DNA from: Nitrospirota bacterium
Lineage (GTDB): Bacteria > Nitrospirota > UBA9217
DNA length: 64,000 nt
Assembly: GCA_963845065.1 (NCBI GenBank)
Contig: CAWJQQ010000008.1
Coordinates: forward strand, 1 to 64,000
Direction: 5' to 3'
The notes under the pieces are model-generated. The model did no database searches, was not told the DNA's origin, and saw only the letters and a list, made by a program, of their open reading frames with translations. Within the stretch, counting starts at the first letter, position 1, and each line of letters starts with the position of its first letter. Positions 10,348-21,171 of the stretch are shown in pieces. The translations under genes were made by a program, and so were the position numbers.

Positions 10348-11567
10348 TTGGTCTCTTCGAGCTTTGGCTTAAGGACATTGAAGACCTGTTTAGGCGTGAT
10401 GACCTGAAGGCAGACATTATCCGAGCACGCAGTCTTGCGGTGATTTGCTGCAGACACGCAGGGAGAGCAGGCTAATCCGGCATAAATCGGCGTTGCATTG
10501 CCGAGTGGCCCGTAAAGTTTTGGGGTCTCTGGGCCGAAAAAAACAAACGTGGGCATATTAGTTACAGACGCAAAATGAGGTGGTCCGGAATCATTGCTGA
10601 GCATGAAGGCGCCAACGGTGTACAGGGCAGGCAGTTCGGATAGGCTCGTGTGTCCTGCAAAGTTGACGCAACGATTGCTTTGAACGGCAGTAGTGATGGC
10701 ATCAAGCCCAGGCCGCTCGCTCTTACCACCCGTGAGCAGGATGACCACATTCGGGTATCGCTCAACGATCATCCGTGCCAGTGAGATGTAATTTTCCTGC
10801 GGCCAGCGTCGGATTGGCAGCAGTTCGGAAGCATTTGCATTAAAAAGAACGATCCTATGCTTGCCTTCGTCGTAATCAGGACAGGCACTTTTGATTTTTC
10901 GGCGAATCGCTTCTTTTGCTCTTTCGAGAACAGTGACCTTAGGCAGCGTGATCTCGTCATCGGAGATATGCGTTTTCGAGTAGGGTACCTGAGCCTTGTC
11001 GCTGCTGAGCGCATTGGCAAGTGCAATGAAGTTTTTCGAGATATGCAGGTGGGGATTGTAGGCGACCTTATGGGTCAGCAAATCTCCGCGATACAGCCCC
11101 TCGTTAAAGAACGCATGAAAACCCACGGTTTTTTTTGCACCGGACAGCCCCGACAAAAGAGCAGTAAAGCGGGAAAATAGTTCCATGTCAATTACAGCGT
11201 CGATCCGATTTCTGCGCGTCCAGAAGATGAACATAAAAGCATCCGATGCAAGAGACAGGAACCCTCTGTCGTCAATTGTATAGATATTTTCTTTCGGTAT
11301 CGTGCCCAGGAGATCTAGGCTCGGAGCGTTTTTTTTGAAGATCGCGAAGTAAAGGTTCGCATTAAGGACGCGTTTTAGTTTTCGCATCGCAGGGTCTGCC
11401 AGGATGGTGCTCCCCATTTCTGACATTTCGATCAGCAAAATGTTTGTCGACCTGGGGCCTGTCGACCTGGAGGAAAATAGGGAGAAGATTTTTTTAACAA
11501 TTGTTAAGGCAAAGCAGAGCGGTACGCCGAAATAATAGTCTATGCTCCGCATCGTATCGACTTTCAT
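10344..11567 (-). CDS. Glycosyltransferase family 9 (heptosyltransferase-like)
   Basis: RRWP, NFAGHTSL, SNDSGPPHFA, FGPETP, C-terminal CSPC; overlaps next gene by 4 nt. Confidence 0.9.
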   Translation of the reverse strand: MKVDTMRSIDYYFGVPLCFALTIVKKIFSLFSSRSTGPRSTNILLIEMSEMGSTILADPAMRKLKRVLNANLYFAIFKKNAPSLDLLGTIPKENIYTIDDRGFLSLASDAFMFIFWTRRNRIDAVIDMELFSRFTALLSGLSGAKKTVGFHAFFNEGLYRGDLLTHKVAYNPHLHISKNFIALANALSSDKAQVPYSKTHISDDEITLPKVTVLERAKEAIRRKIKSACPDYDEGKHRIVLFNANASELLPIRRWPQENYISLARMIVERYPNVVILLTGGKSERPGLDAITTAVQSNRCVNFAGHTSLSELPALYTVGAFMLSNDSGPPHFASVTNMPTFVFFGPETPKLYGPLGNATPIYAGLACSPCVSAANHRKTACSDNVCLQVITPKQVFNVLKPKLEETK

Positions 11568-11774
11568 GAACTACTCCTAACCCCGACAAACGAAAACTTA
11601 AAAGTCCAATCTCACAAAGACGTGCCCTGCCGTTACCGAAACGCGGGCAGAGCAGCGGGACCAAACTTTAAAAACCAAAACCTATATTTTTTCGATAAAT
11701 ATTTCCTAATTTTACGAAAAGCATAAAAATGCAAATACCGTAATGCCGGAAATCTGCAGATATCAAAACAAGCA

Positions 11775-12311
11775 TCAGGGGGTCCACTTTTTAAAAAAGC
11801 GGTCCATGGCTGTATTTTCACCGAACGGGATGTGGCCATACCAGAGAGAGAGCTGCTTAGCCGCCACATCCTTTGGCGCCTTGTCCACAATCACCTTCCA
11901 CATTGCAGCAACCAGGCCGGATCTGTCTGCACCGGATTGGCAATGGATCAGAATGGGGCGCGGGGCCTCATGGAAGATGTCCATTAGCTGGCGGACCTCG
12001 CTATCGGTCAGTTCATGATCAGCGCTGAGGCCGATGTCATAATGAGGTAGATCCAATTTAGCGCTCATCGTCACTTCATCTTCGTACCAACTCTCGCCCA
12101 CATGCTTGCCGCGCAGATTCAAAATGCTCCTGATATTGTATTGCTTTACATACTCTGCCAGTTTATCGTTATCGAGCTGACCTGAGCGGTATGCTTCCGC
12201 AGGTGTAATGGAGTGGAAATTCCCCTGCACTCTTACGAAGAGAACGGAGCCGATGAGCAAAAATGCTACGAAAGCCAAGGCTGCGATAATATTTTTGCGT
12301 TTTTTCACCAT
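11775..12311 (-). CDS. Dual-specificity/tyrosine phosphatase-family protein with N-terminal membrane anchor
   Basis: YRSGQ, SILNLRG, HCQSGADRSG (CX5R). Confidence 0.88.
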   Translation of the reverse strand: MVKKRKNIIAALAFVAFLLIGSVLFVRVQGNFHSITPAEAYRSGQLDNDKLAEYVKQYNIRSILNLRGKHVGESWYEDEVTMSAKLDLPHYDIGLSADHELTDSEVRQLMDIFHEAPRPILIHCQSGADRSGLVAAMWKVIVDKAPKDVAAKQLSLWYGHIPFGENTAMDRFFKKWTP

Positions 12312-12585
12312 ATTTGTGCCGACCGGGAAATAGGACAATTCTCCAGAAAAAGACATATTACCCGGTATGGAAACGGGAGTCAAGCTATTAGAAAACAGAT
12401 AGTTAAGTAATGATCTTGGCCTAGAAATTAACAATCTCGATTTCTCTCGTCAATCCGCCATTCTTCTCTTTTCATACACGCTATACTTTTGGTACAATAG
12501 AAATATGACCGAAACAATCTCGGAATGAGTGGTGATCGTTTCTTGCGATACGAAAGTTTTTTAATAGTGCGGAGAGGAGTTCATA

Positions 12586-13533
12586 GTGCAGCAGAAAAAT
12601 TATGATGTGATAATCGTCGGCGGTGGGCCGTCTGGTCTGACCGCGGGGCTGTATTGTGAAAGGGCAGCGCTCAAGACGGTCCTAGTAGAGAAAGGACTGC
12701 TGGGTGGACAGATTGCAATATCAAAGGATGTGGAGAACTACCCGGGGGTGGAAGGCATAACCGGATTCGATTTGGCGGATAAGTTGGTCCATCACGCTCA
12801 GACCTTCGGCTTGAGCATTATCCAGCAGGAGGTTGAGCAGGTAAATGCAGCTTCAGATCTTCACTCGGTACGGCTGGTGAACGGTGAGCTACTTCAGGCC
12901 ACCGCGCTGATCCTCGCATTGGGAGGGACCGCGCGAAAGCTAGGCATTCCAGGTGAAGCGGAATATTTAGGCAGTGGTGTTTCCTACTGTGGTACCTGCG
13001 ATGGGTTTTTTTTTAGAGATAAAACCGTCGTTATCGTGGGGGGCGGTGATACGGCTGTAGAGGAGGCGCTCTATCTTGCACGATTGGCAAAAAAGGTGAT
13101 CCTCATTTACAGGAGTAATGCGCTCAAGGCAAACAAACTGCTCCAGTCCCGGCTTATGGCTAAACCTGCAATCGAAGTGATTTGGAACACGATCATCACA
13201 GAAATCAGGGGAAACGGGAAGGTGGTTGAATCGGTCTCGATCGAGAATATTGAAAGCGGAGAACTGGGAGAACTGCCGACGGACGGAGTATTTATTTTTA
13301 TCGGATATTCTCCAAACAATAAGTTGATCCCCCCGGCAGTCCGGATAAACGAGCTTGGTTTTGTTCTTACAGGCGATAGGTGCGAGACGAGCGTTCCTGG
13401 CATTTTTGCCGTCGGCGATGTGCGCCAGAAGTTTGCCAACCAGATCGTGGTTGCGGCTGCGGACGGATGCATAGGTGCGCTGGCTGCTGCCCATTATGTA
13501 GAACTGAGACGGTCCGCTATCCGGTCATCCTGA
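12586..13533 (+). CDS. trxB: Thioredoxin-disulfide reductase
   Basis: GGGPSG, ENYPG, GVSYCGTCDG, GGGDTAVEEA, FAVGDV. Confidence 0.93.
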   Translation: MQQKNYDVIIVGGGPSGLTAGLYCERAALKTVLVEKGLLGGQIAISKDVENYPGVEGITGFDLADKLVHHAQTFGLSIIQQEVEQVNAASDLHSVRLVNGELLQATALILALGGTARKLGIPGEAEYLGSGVSYCGTCDGFFFRDKTVVIVGGGDTAVEEALYLARLAKKVILIYRSNALKANKLLQSRLMAKPAIEVIWNTIITEIRGNGKVVESVSIENIESGELGELPTDGVFIFIGYSPNNKLIPPAVRINELGFVLTGDRCETSVPGIFAVGDVRQKFANQIVVAAADGCIGALAAAHYVELRRSAIRSS

Positions 13534-13675
13534 ACATCTCCAAGGATGTCATTCCATGGGAATGATTTAGTTTGCGCCAATTTCTGCTGAGTGTGCATGT
13601 TGGCTGACTTGGAGATGTTCCTCGAAGCGTTCTCTCGACAGAGGCCTAGTCGATGAAGTCGGTTATTGTCTTTCC

Positions 13676-14851
13676 ATGAAAAACCCAGCAACCATAAATC
13701 TGCAATTCCAGGTTTTTTTTCTAGTAATGGCAGCTTTTACCAACATCTACATTACCCAGCCTGTCCTGCCTGTTCTACAGAAAGAATTCGGAGCTGAAGA
13801 AACCAGAGTATCACTTACTGTCTCGTCGGTCATCCTTGGTATCGCTCTTGCCAATCTCCCCTTCGGGATGTTGGCTGACCACTATGCGATCAAGCCCATC
13901 ATTCTGATCGGCGGAGTAATAGTCAGTACGTGCGGCTTCATTTGTGCTGTTATCACCAGTCTTTGGCTTTTGATCCTCGTCCGCTTTATCCAAGGACTTT
14001 TCATACCGGCTCTGACTACCTGCCTCGCCGCCTATCTTGCGCGGAGCCTTCCCCGCGATCGCTTGAACACGGTAATGGGTTCTTATGTCTCGGCAACAGT
14101 CGCCGGAGGTTTGGGTGGCCGACTTCTTGGCGGATGGATACATCCTCCCTTCAATTGGCGATATGCATTCGTGAGCGCCTCGCTCTTGCTTCTTACAGCG
14201 ACGTTCATCGCGATCTACGCACTTCCTCCTTCTGTGTCACCGGGTTCAGAACAAGAAGTCCACTCTGCTGGTTTTTGGAAGTTGGTTACCCGGAAAGAGC
14301 TCCTGCGCAATTACTTGGTAGCCTTCTGCGCTTTTTTTGCATTCTCCTCGATATTCAACTATTTGCCGTTTTATCTCGCTGGTCCGGAATTTAACGCGCG
14401 TACTGAGGTGATCACGATGATGTACCTCGCGTATATAGTTGGGATCGCCGTCGGCCCCCTAGCGGGGAAAATCAGCAACCGGGCAGGAAATGGAACGACC
14501 TTAGCACTAGGTGCCGTGATTTTTTGGCTGTTCCTTGGCTCAACGCTCATCGTGTCCCTCCCCGTTATCGCAGTCAGTCTAGCAGGGATTTGTGCCGGCT
14601 TTTTTATGATTCATGCTGCTGCTGTTGCTTCCCTCAACCGTGCATTGACTTCCGGCCACGGCCGAGCGAATTCGCTGTATGTTCTATTCTATTATTTGGG
14701 CGGGGCAACCGGCATCACACTTAGCGGTTCCGCCTACGTCATGAGCGGCTGGTGCGGAGTAGCTGCACTCGGCGGCATTGTCTTGCTTGTCCCTTTCATC
14801 CTAGGCACAATCGAAAGGTTAAAGGAGAAAAGCCTTAGTGCTTTGCGGTAA
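13676..14851 (+). CDS. MFS transporter (YnfM-like)
   Basis: YITQPVLP, GGLGGRLLGG, NSLYVLFYYLGG. Confidence 0.88.
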   Translation: MKNPATINLQFQVFFLVMAAFTNIYITQPVLPVLQKEFGAEETRVSLTVSSVILGIALANLPFGMLADHYAIKPIILIGGVIVSTCGFICAVITSLWLLILVRFIQGLFIPALTTCLAAYLARSLPRDRLNTVMGSYVSATVAGGLGGRLLGGWIHPPFNWRYAFVSASLLLLTATFIAIYALPPSVSPGSEQEVHSAGFWKLVTRKELLRNYLVAFCAFFAFSSIFNYLPFYLAGPEFNARTEVITMMYLAYIVGIAVGPLAGKISNRAGNGTTLALGAVIFWLFLGSTLIVSLPVIAVSLAGICAGFFMIHAAAVASLNRALTSGHGRANSLYVLFYYLGGATGITLSGSAYVMSGWCGVAALGGIVLLVPFILGTIERLKEKSLSALR

Positions 14852-15182
14852 TGGACTCGACGTGATTATCCGTGAAAAAAAACCTATGAACAGAATCGAA
14901 GGCTAAAAGAGAAGCTTTCCACAGCTCCTTAAAACCGGACATTTTCAATTTTTGCAAGAATAGGACTCTTTTCACTATGTGTATAACAGAATCTCACAAT
15001 TCCGCTATGCTTGGAGGTGCCCTTTATATGATTATCATTTTTTACTTGGGTTGACACACCTCTGAAAAATGCTGCATGAGGACTACGATTTATGGTATAG
15101 TCATTGTCATTCAAAATTATGAAAGCGTAACGATATTGGCGCGAGGTCAACGACAGCCCAAAAGCAGATCGTTAATTGGACA

Positions 15183-16037
15183 ATGATAACATTGATGTTA
15201 AACGTACTATTGGAGAAAATTGATTTTTTAGCAGCGGCAAGAGTTTTTGTAGTTTTATTATTTCTCGCAGGCATCAACTTCGGCTGTGGAACACTCTCAA
15301 GCGGTCGCGGGTGGGGACAGGATGCTACGTTGTCTCCGGGTTGGGAACGCATCCAGCAAGCAGCGTTGAATGCTGCTACTGCTACGGAGACGTGGGTGCC
15401 GACTGCGGGTGCCTTGGTTTTTCGCGCTGATCATGCAGACAATAAAGTTTCTGAATGGGCTGCAAAACATACGCCTGTCTTCGGATCCCAACATAATGCA
15501 GATCAGATGAGTACTGCCCTGCTTGATGCCTCAGGGGCTGCCTGGGTCGCATCAGGAATGGTTGCGCCGAGCGGAGACAGCACTGGGGACTGGTTGGAAG
15601 CTAAGACAAAGGGGTTCGGCGTTGAGGGTGGAGCGGGTGGCATTACGCTTGGAACGGTTGAAGTCCTTAAGACCACGGTGCGACGGACTCGACCTGATGA
15701 ATCCGATAAACAAAGTTTCCCTTCGGCCCACAGTACCGGGGCGGCGTTTTTCTCGACCGTCGCTTCCCAAAATATCGAAGCGCTTTCATGGTCCCAGGGA
15801 GCGACAACAGCAGCGCAGATCGGCCTTGGAGCATTGACCGCAGCGACGGCCTGGGCCCGTGTTGAGGCAAACCAGCATTATCCTTCCGACGTGCTTGCCG
15901 GGATTGCTATCGGCCACTTCTTCGGAGTCTTCCTGACCGAAGCGTTTCTCGGTCTTGATAATCCGCGGCACTTGTCGGTGCTCGTCGAACCGTCCCGGGA
16001 AGGTGCGATAGCCATGCTGCAGTTCAATTTTGAATAA
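15183..16037 (+). CDS. PAP2-family phosphatase, possible lipoprotein
   Basis: KTTVRRTRP, SFPSAHS, ARVEANQHYPSDV; start uncertain. Confidence 0.85.
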   Translation: MITLMLNVLLEKIDFLAAARVFVVLLFLAGINFGCGTLSSGRGWGQDATLSPGWERIQQAALNAATATETWVPTAGALVFRADHADNKVSEWAAKHTPVFGSQHNADQMSTALLDASGAAWVASGMVAPSGDSTGDWLEAKTKGFGVEGGAGGITLGTVEVLKTTVRRTRPDESDKQSFPSAHSTGAAFFSTVASQNIEALSWSQGATTAAQIGLGALTAATAWARVEANQHYPSDVLAGIAIGHFFGVFLTEAFLGLDNPRHLSVLVEPSREGAIAMLQFNFE

Positions 16038-16188
16038 TTCGTACTACCTCTTCACAAACGTCGTCAGAATGGGCGGCAGGGGTTGACACTTGGAGTAGAA
16101 CAAGCTATCTTCTTATCAGTAGTGCCAGTGGTGAATTATCTTTGTGAAATTATTCCACATACATTATACATTTGCGGGGGAGACAAAT

Positions 16189-16671
16189 ATGGGCAAGTAT
16201 TCAATCGATGAAATTATGGAGATGGCGATTCAGACGGAAAAACTCGGGTTTCAGTTCTATACTACTATAGCGGAAAAATTTAAGAAAGACGATGGTCTTT
16301 TCAAGCTCTTTACGACACTTGCCGATAAGGAGAAAGTGCACGAGAAGACCTTTACGGGGCTGAAAAACTCCGTCGCAAAAAGTGGTGTTACGGTGGAACC
16401 AGTCCAGTGGGAAGAGGTAAGTAACTATATGCGCGCCTTTGTGGAATCGGAGTTCTTCCTTGGCAAGAATAAGGCTCTCCCGTCTATGGACCATATCAAG
16501 ACTGTTTCAGACGCAGTGAAGTTCGCGATTGGATTTGAAAAAGAGACCCTGCTCTACTTCATGGAACTCAGGTCGATCGTGAAAGAAAAAGATGCCATTG
16601 AAGAGGTCATCAACGAGGAAAAGAGCCATATCCGCTGGCTCGATACATACCGGGCCGGTCTAATAAAATAA
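16189..16671 (+). CDS. Ferritin-like/rubrerythrin-family protein
   Basis: Two ExxH motifs (EKVH, EKSH), A..TEK.G..FY and AIGFEKE; GGAG RBS before ATG 16189. Confidence 0.88.
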   Translation: MGKYSIDEIMEMAIQTEKLGFQFYTTIAEKFKKDDGLFKLFTTLADKEKVHEKTFTGLKNSVAKSGVTVEPVQWEEVSNYMRAFVESEFFLGKNKALPSMDHIKTVSDAVKFAIGFEKETLLYFMELRSIVKEKDAIEEVINEEKSHIRWLDTYRAGLIK

Positions 16672-16690
16672 CAATTGCGAGAAAAAGATT

Positions 16691-16745
16691 CGGGGAACCG
16701 AGGAATTACTTAAAGGCGGTTCTATTTTCCCGGTTCTCCCTTTTA
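16691..16745. terminator. Hairpin between convergent genes
   Basis: GGGGAACCGAGGAAT...ATTTTCCCGGTTCTCC followed by T run. Confidence 0.45.
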
Positions 16746-16758
16746 TCCCATCTCCGAT

Positions 16759-17520
16759 TCACGGATTCTTTCCGCGACTCTGCGTTTCCATGGCTTTCAC
16801 ATCACCGTTGGTTTCTTTGAGCATGTCTCCTACCGTAACTAGCACAAATCCTTTCAGACGCAGCTTCCGTATGACCTCCGGCAGAATTTCTGCGGTGTGC
16901 ACGCCATTCCTGTTCATGTGAAAAACGATGATGCTACCGCCTTTCGCGTCGCGGACCACGACCCGCACGATCCTCTGCGGAGAAAGCCTAGGATCAGGGT
17001 CGCCTGAAGCAATATCGTACTGGATGGTCGTAAGCCCTGCTGCCTTCGCAATTGTGGCAACGCGTTCATCCACTTCACCGAAAGGCGGCCGAAAATATTT
17101 CGGTGTCTTGCCGGTCACCTTCTTAATGATCGCCTGCGTCCGCTGCATCTCGCGTATGACGCGGTTGTTGTCTTTCTCAAGCAGGTGTGGGTGGTAGTAG
17201 CTATGGGCTGCGATCTCGAACTGCGGATGGTCTGCAAGGAACTTCGCCTTTTCCGGATTTTTTTCCACCCACCGGCCGCTCATGAAGAGAGTTGCAGGCA
17301 CGTTTGCGTGGATCAGGGCTTCGATTACTTGTTCATCGTATTCGTCTACATGGCTCGTCGGACATGCGTCAAACGTGAGTGCCACCAGTTTTGAGTTCCG
17401 GGGACCATGCTCAATGATCAAATTGCCAGGTGTTTCCGCAGCACAGAAAGGTGCAGCGAAGAGGCCAAGAAGCATAAAGATAAAGATGCTGCCAAATGAT
17501 TTTAGCGTTTTTTTTACCAT
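16759..17520 (-). CDS. Polysaccharide deacetylase (NodB domain), exported
   Basis: VALTFDA, HSYYHPH, FRPPFG, IIVFH; N-terminal signal peptide. Confidence 0.9.
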   Translation of the reverse strand: MVKKTLKSFGSIFIFMLLGLFAAPFCAAETPGNLIIEHGPRNSKLVALTFDACPTSHVDEYDEQVIEALIHANVPATLFMSGRWVEKNPEKAKFLADHPQFEIAAHSYYHPHLLEKDNNRVIREMQRTQAIIKKVTGKTPKYFRPPFGEVDERVATIAKAAGLTTIQYDIASGDPDPRLSPQRIVRVVVRDAKGGSIIVFHMNRNGVHTAEILPEVIRKLRLKGFVLVTVGDMLKETNGDVKAMETQSRGKNP

Positions 17521-18089
17521 CAGAGGCCCTCAATTCCGAATTTATTTCCCCCCCCTGAGCGCGAATCAGAAAATGCTAAAAAACCGCGCCGTGGCAAAGC
17601 GGATTATTCCTCCCTTGCCGTTCAGTACCTCAAGAATATAGCCCCATCCATCGGTAGCCAGAGGCTTGATCTTTACTCACCATTCTTTCTGCAATCGTGC
17701 ATCATTCTCCGAATCGTTTGCATGACTCTGCTCTCCAACGGCAACAGCCAGAGTCCCCCGAAGTCTCTTCAACAAGACCAGGACATCCATTAGCCAACCC
17801 TCAAGTATGCTCATGTGCAAGTCTGCGAAAAGGGCTTGCGCCGGGCTATGTTGTATCTTGATATCTTTTTGGACGAGTAAGCTGGCTTCCCGATTAACAA
17901 AAACGTATGTCAGGACCCAGAGCAGCAGAATGAGATTCCCGATATATATAATCAGAATCTCGTTATGAAGAGCGGTTGGGAAAAAAGACATGTAACAATA
18001 CTATCCCGGAGGGCGCTATGTCGTCAATGAAAAAGAGCCTGGAAAACGGAATCCCTAAGGGTGTGTACAGCCTTATGTACCGGTCAATA

Positions 18090-20087
18090 CTATACTCGAA
18101 TCGGGAGGATAACTACGGGAATTCCTTCATTATAGAATCGTCGTTGTACGGCGAAAATCGTATAGTTGTGAAACATGCCAGACAGGAATGTTGTCCTTGG
18201 AAATACGAGCTGACCGCCGAAAAGGATCGCATTGGGAAACTTCTGCAGGATCTCTGGCGTCAGCCGGGCGATTTCTTCGACCACGTCATTACCGAATGAT
18301 GAATAGCCTGCCGCATAATATCCATGACATCGCATGTAGTGCACATAGCGGTCCAGCTCCTTGCGTACGTTGTCCTTCATATGGGACATCTCTTCAGTAC
18401 CCTTAAAGTTGCCTGCGTCCACCACACCTACCTGAATAAACACAAAATTTTTGAAGGTACCCCCGAAGAGGCGGATGATGCTGAAGAGCGTATGCAGTCC
18501 GAGGCCGTTGAAGCCATTCACGAGCAGAATGGCGGTCTTGCCTTGAGGGTCGTATTTTATCTTCGTTGCCATGTCCATCGCCCCACTAGGGAATGTCGGG
18601 CAGGACGCTTCAGCCACGTTTACCAGCTCATCGAGCCGGTGAAGGATGCGAAAAGTGTTGCGATAATGGCGCTGCGTGAGCATCGCGATAACGACCAGCG
18701 CTCCCGTCAGGAGCATCGTAATCCAGCCACCCTCATAAAATTTTAGTACTGTTACGGAAACGAGAATGAAAAACGTAAGCGTCATGCCGACACCATTAAT
18801 GAACAGCTTTTTCTCCCAGTGGGCCTCTTTGCCGCGTACCTTCCACCAATGGCGCACCATGCCGAGTTGGGAGAGGAAGAAGGTGATGAACACGTTGATG
18901 CTGTAGAGGACCACAAGGTATTGAACCGCGCCATTGGTCAGCACCATGGTGATGAGCGAGGCGCCACCCATGAGCAGAATGCCTTTCTGCGTAACAAGGC
19001 GGTCGGAGAGCATGGCGAACTTAGTTGGAAACCAGCGATCCAGTGCCATGTTCGAAAGCACCCGCGGCCCGTCGAGGAACCCTGTTTGGGCCGCGATGAA
19101 CAGGAGCGCTGCCTCGGACAGGAGCGTGATGAGCACGAAGATGGTACCACCCTTACCCCAGCCCCGGGTCATGGTCTCGAACAACACGGCGTTCAATGTC
19201 TTTCCCGATTGCGGGACAACCCGGTAGAGAAGGTAGGCAATCATCAAACCCATTACGACCAGCGCAAGGGAAAAGGCCATGTATTGCATCGTGCGCTTGC
19301 CGGTCTTGACCTTCGGCTCGCGGAGAATGGGCAGACCGTTGCTGACAGCCTCGATCCCAGTGTAGGTGCCAGCACCCATGCTATAGGCGCGCATGATGAG
19401 AAGAAACATGCCGGCGAATCCGAGTTCGGCCTGCGTTTGGACCACATCGGCCCTGGTAGCAGCGGCGACTTCACCGAATCTCCCTATATTCATGAACACG
19501 GCATAGACTATAATGAAAGCGTGCGTGATGACAAATGTCAAAAATATCGGCACCAGGGGGAGTACCGACTCTTTGACGCCGCGCATGTTCATAGAGGTAA
19601 GGACCAAGACACCAAAAAGCGCAAAAAAAAGCTTGTATGGTAGCCATGCAGGAGGGAGAAAGCTGAATAAGGCGTCAGCGCCACTTGCAACGGATATTGT
19701 AATTGTAAGTACGTAATCAATGAGAAGCGCCGAACCCGACACCATCCCGGCTGTGGGTGAGAGCAATTTGCTTGCGACGAGGTAGCCACCACCGCCTGTG
19801 GGAAAGAGCTCGATAATCTGAGAGTAGCTCGTGGCGATGATAAACACGGTAATGCCGGACATGAGCGCGACAAAGACGCTTAGATATACATGACTGTGAA
19901 CCGCGATAAATGCTTCTTCAGGGCCGTAACAGGATGACGACAGGCCGTCAGCGCCGAGACCGACCCACGCAAAGAAGGCGATGAGCGTCAGCTTATGGAA
20001 GAGCGACGAGTCCTCAATGTTGTGCTTACCGCCGAAAATGATGGTCCTTAAACGTTGAAGAATGGTAGGCTTTTGTTTCTGATCCAT
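18090..20087 (-). CDS. APC-superfamily transporter, KimA/YdaO-like K+ uptake protein
   Basis: GADGLSSSCYGPEE, GGGGYLVAS, IDYVLTITISVASG, YTGIEAVSNG, cytoplasmic C-terminal domain; adjacent to kdpDE. Confidence 0.85.
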   Translation of the reverse strand: MDQKQKPTILQRLRTIIFGGKHNIEDSSLFHKLTLIAFFAWVGLGADGLSSSCYGPEEAFIAVHSHVYLSVFVALMSGITVFIIATSYSQIIELFPTGGGGYLVASKLLSPTAGMVSGSALLIDYVLTITISVASGADALFSFLPPAWLPYKLFFALFGVLVLTSMNMRGVKESVLPLVPIFLTFVITHAFIIVYAVFMNIGRFGEVAAATRADVVQTQAELGFAGMFLLIMRAYSMGAGTYTGIEAVSNGLPILREPKVKTGKRTMQYMAFSLALVVMGLMIAYLLYRVVPQSGKTLNAVLFETMTRGWGKGGTIFVLITLLSEAALLFIAAQTGFLDGPRVLSNMALDRWFPTKFAMLSDRLVTQKGILLMGGASLITMVLTNGAVQYLVVLYSINVFITFFLSQLGMVRHWWKVRGKEAHWEKKLFINGVGMTLTFFILVSVTVLKFYEGGWITMLLTGALVVIAMLTQRHYRNTFRILHRLDELVNVAEASCPTFPSGAMDMATKIKYDPQGKTAILLVNGFNGLGLHTLFSIIRLFGGTFKNFVFIQVGVVDAGNFKGTEEMSHMKDNVRKELDRYVHYMRCHGYYAAGYSSFGNDVVEEIARLTPEILQKFPNAILFGGQLVFPRTTFLSGMFHNYTIFAVQRRFYNEGIPVVILPIRV

Positions 20088-20189
20088 GTTGTCATTCTCC
20101 TGATTGTGACACTGGCGATAATGCTAGAGTTCTTCTCATACATCTGTTGACCTGCAGAGGACGATGATTCATTTGAAACACACTAATAT

Positions 20190-20205
20190 AGCAAGGAAGA
20201 TGCCC
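20190..20205 (-). promoter_or_regulatory. Sigma-54 (-24/-12) promoter of the KimA-like gene
   Basis: Minus strand GGGCATCTTCCTTGCT = GG-N10-GC, about 100 bp upstream of ATG. Confidence 0.6.
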
Positions 20206-20347
20206 GCAGAGAATGTCGGCTTTACAAGATAACCTGTTGATTCTCCATGTCCTGGCAAATGGTAATAGCATTATCCACCACTTGTAATGATGATTATTTT
20301 GGCAAATGATTAGAAAAGAGGCATTCTCTTGACTAGCTGGCCCTCAT

Positions 20348-21055
20348 TTACCCTTCAGCATCATATTTCAAGCGGTATCCGATTCCTGGCTCATTCATTA
20401 GAAACTGCGGACGTGCGGGGTCAGATTCCAGTTTATGCCTCAGTTGAGTCATGTAAACACGCAAGTACTGAACTTCGTTCACATGGGCTGGCCCCCAAAC
20501 TTCCTTCAGCAGCTGCGTATGGGTAATGACCTTCCCTGCGTGGCGGACCAATACCGTCATCAGCTTGTATTCTATAGGTGTAAGATGCACTTCATGGTCG
20601 TTGATAAACACCTGCCTCAGCGCAAGATCAACGCGTAGATTCCGAAGGACGAAGACCGCACTATTTTGGTCCCCGTCTTGTCTGGATATATGACGCAGAG
20701 CGACGCGTATCCGTGCCAGAAGTTCGCTGGCATTGAACGGTTTTGTTAGATAGTCGTCCGCTCCGGCATCGAGCGCCTTGACCTTGTCCTGCTCCTGCTC
20801 GCGCGCGGATATGACGATGATAGGAGTTTGCGACCATTCGCGCAATCGTTTGGTTACCTCTAGACCGTCGAGATCCGGTAGACCGAGGTCGAGGAGCACC
20901 ACATCGGGGTTTCGTGTCGTCGCTTGCATAAGGCCTTCCTGGGCCGTGGCCGCTTCAACGAAACGATATCCCTGACTCTGGAGCGTTATCCGCAGGAAGC
21001 GCCTCATCTGTGGTTCGTCTTCGATCAGCAGTATGAGTTCTTTTTCTTCGGGCAT
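20348..21055 (-). CDS. kdpE: Response regulator KdpE (OmpR family)
   Basis: IEDEPQ, LLDLGLPD, ADDYLTKPF, YLRVYMTQLRHKLE; next to kdpD. Confidence 0.93.
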   Translation of the reverse strand: MPEEKELILLIEDEPQMRRFLRITLQSQGYRFVEAATAQEGLMQATTRNPDVVLLDLGLPDLDGLEVTKRLREWSQTPIIVISAREQEQDKVKALDAGADDYLTKPFNASELLARIRVALRHISRQDGDQNSAVFVLRNLRVDLALRQVFINDHEVHLTPIEYKLMTVLVRHAGKVITHTQLLKEVWGPAHVNEVQYLRVYMTQLRHKLESDPARPQFLMNEPGIGYRLKYDAEG

Positions 21056-21171
21056 AGTTAATACAAAGGAAGCGAGTTTAGAGGTTTGAATTTTCATCAA
21101 CATCAGATGATAAACAGAGAAAAAATTGCTCTTTAAGCGCAATCCTCTCGGTGAAATATGGATTGAAGAGC

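Noticed and set aside
20088..20347. c-di-AMP (ydaO) riboswitch upstream of the KimA-like gene
   Set aside because: I could not find the expected conserved structure by eye; an Rfam scan would settle it
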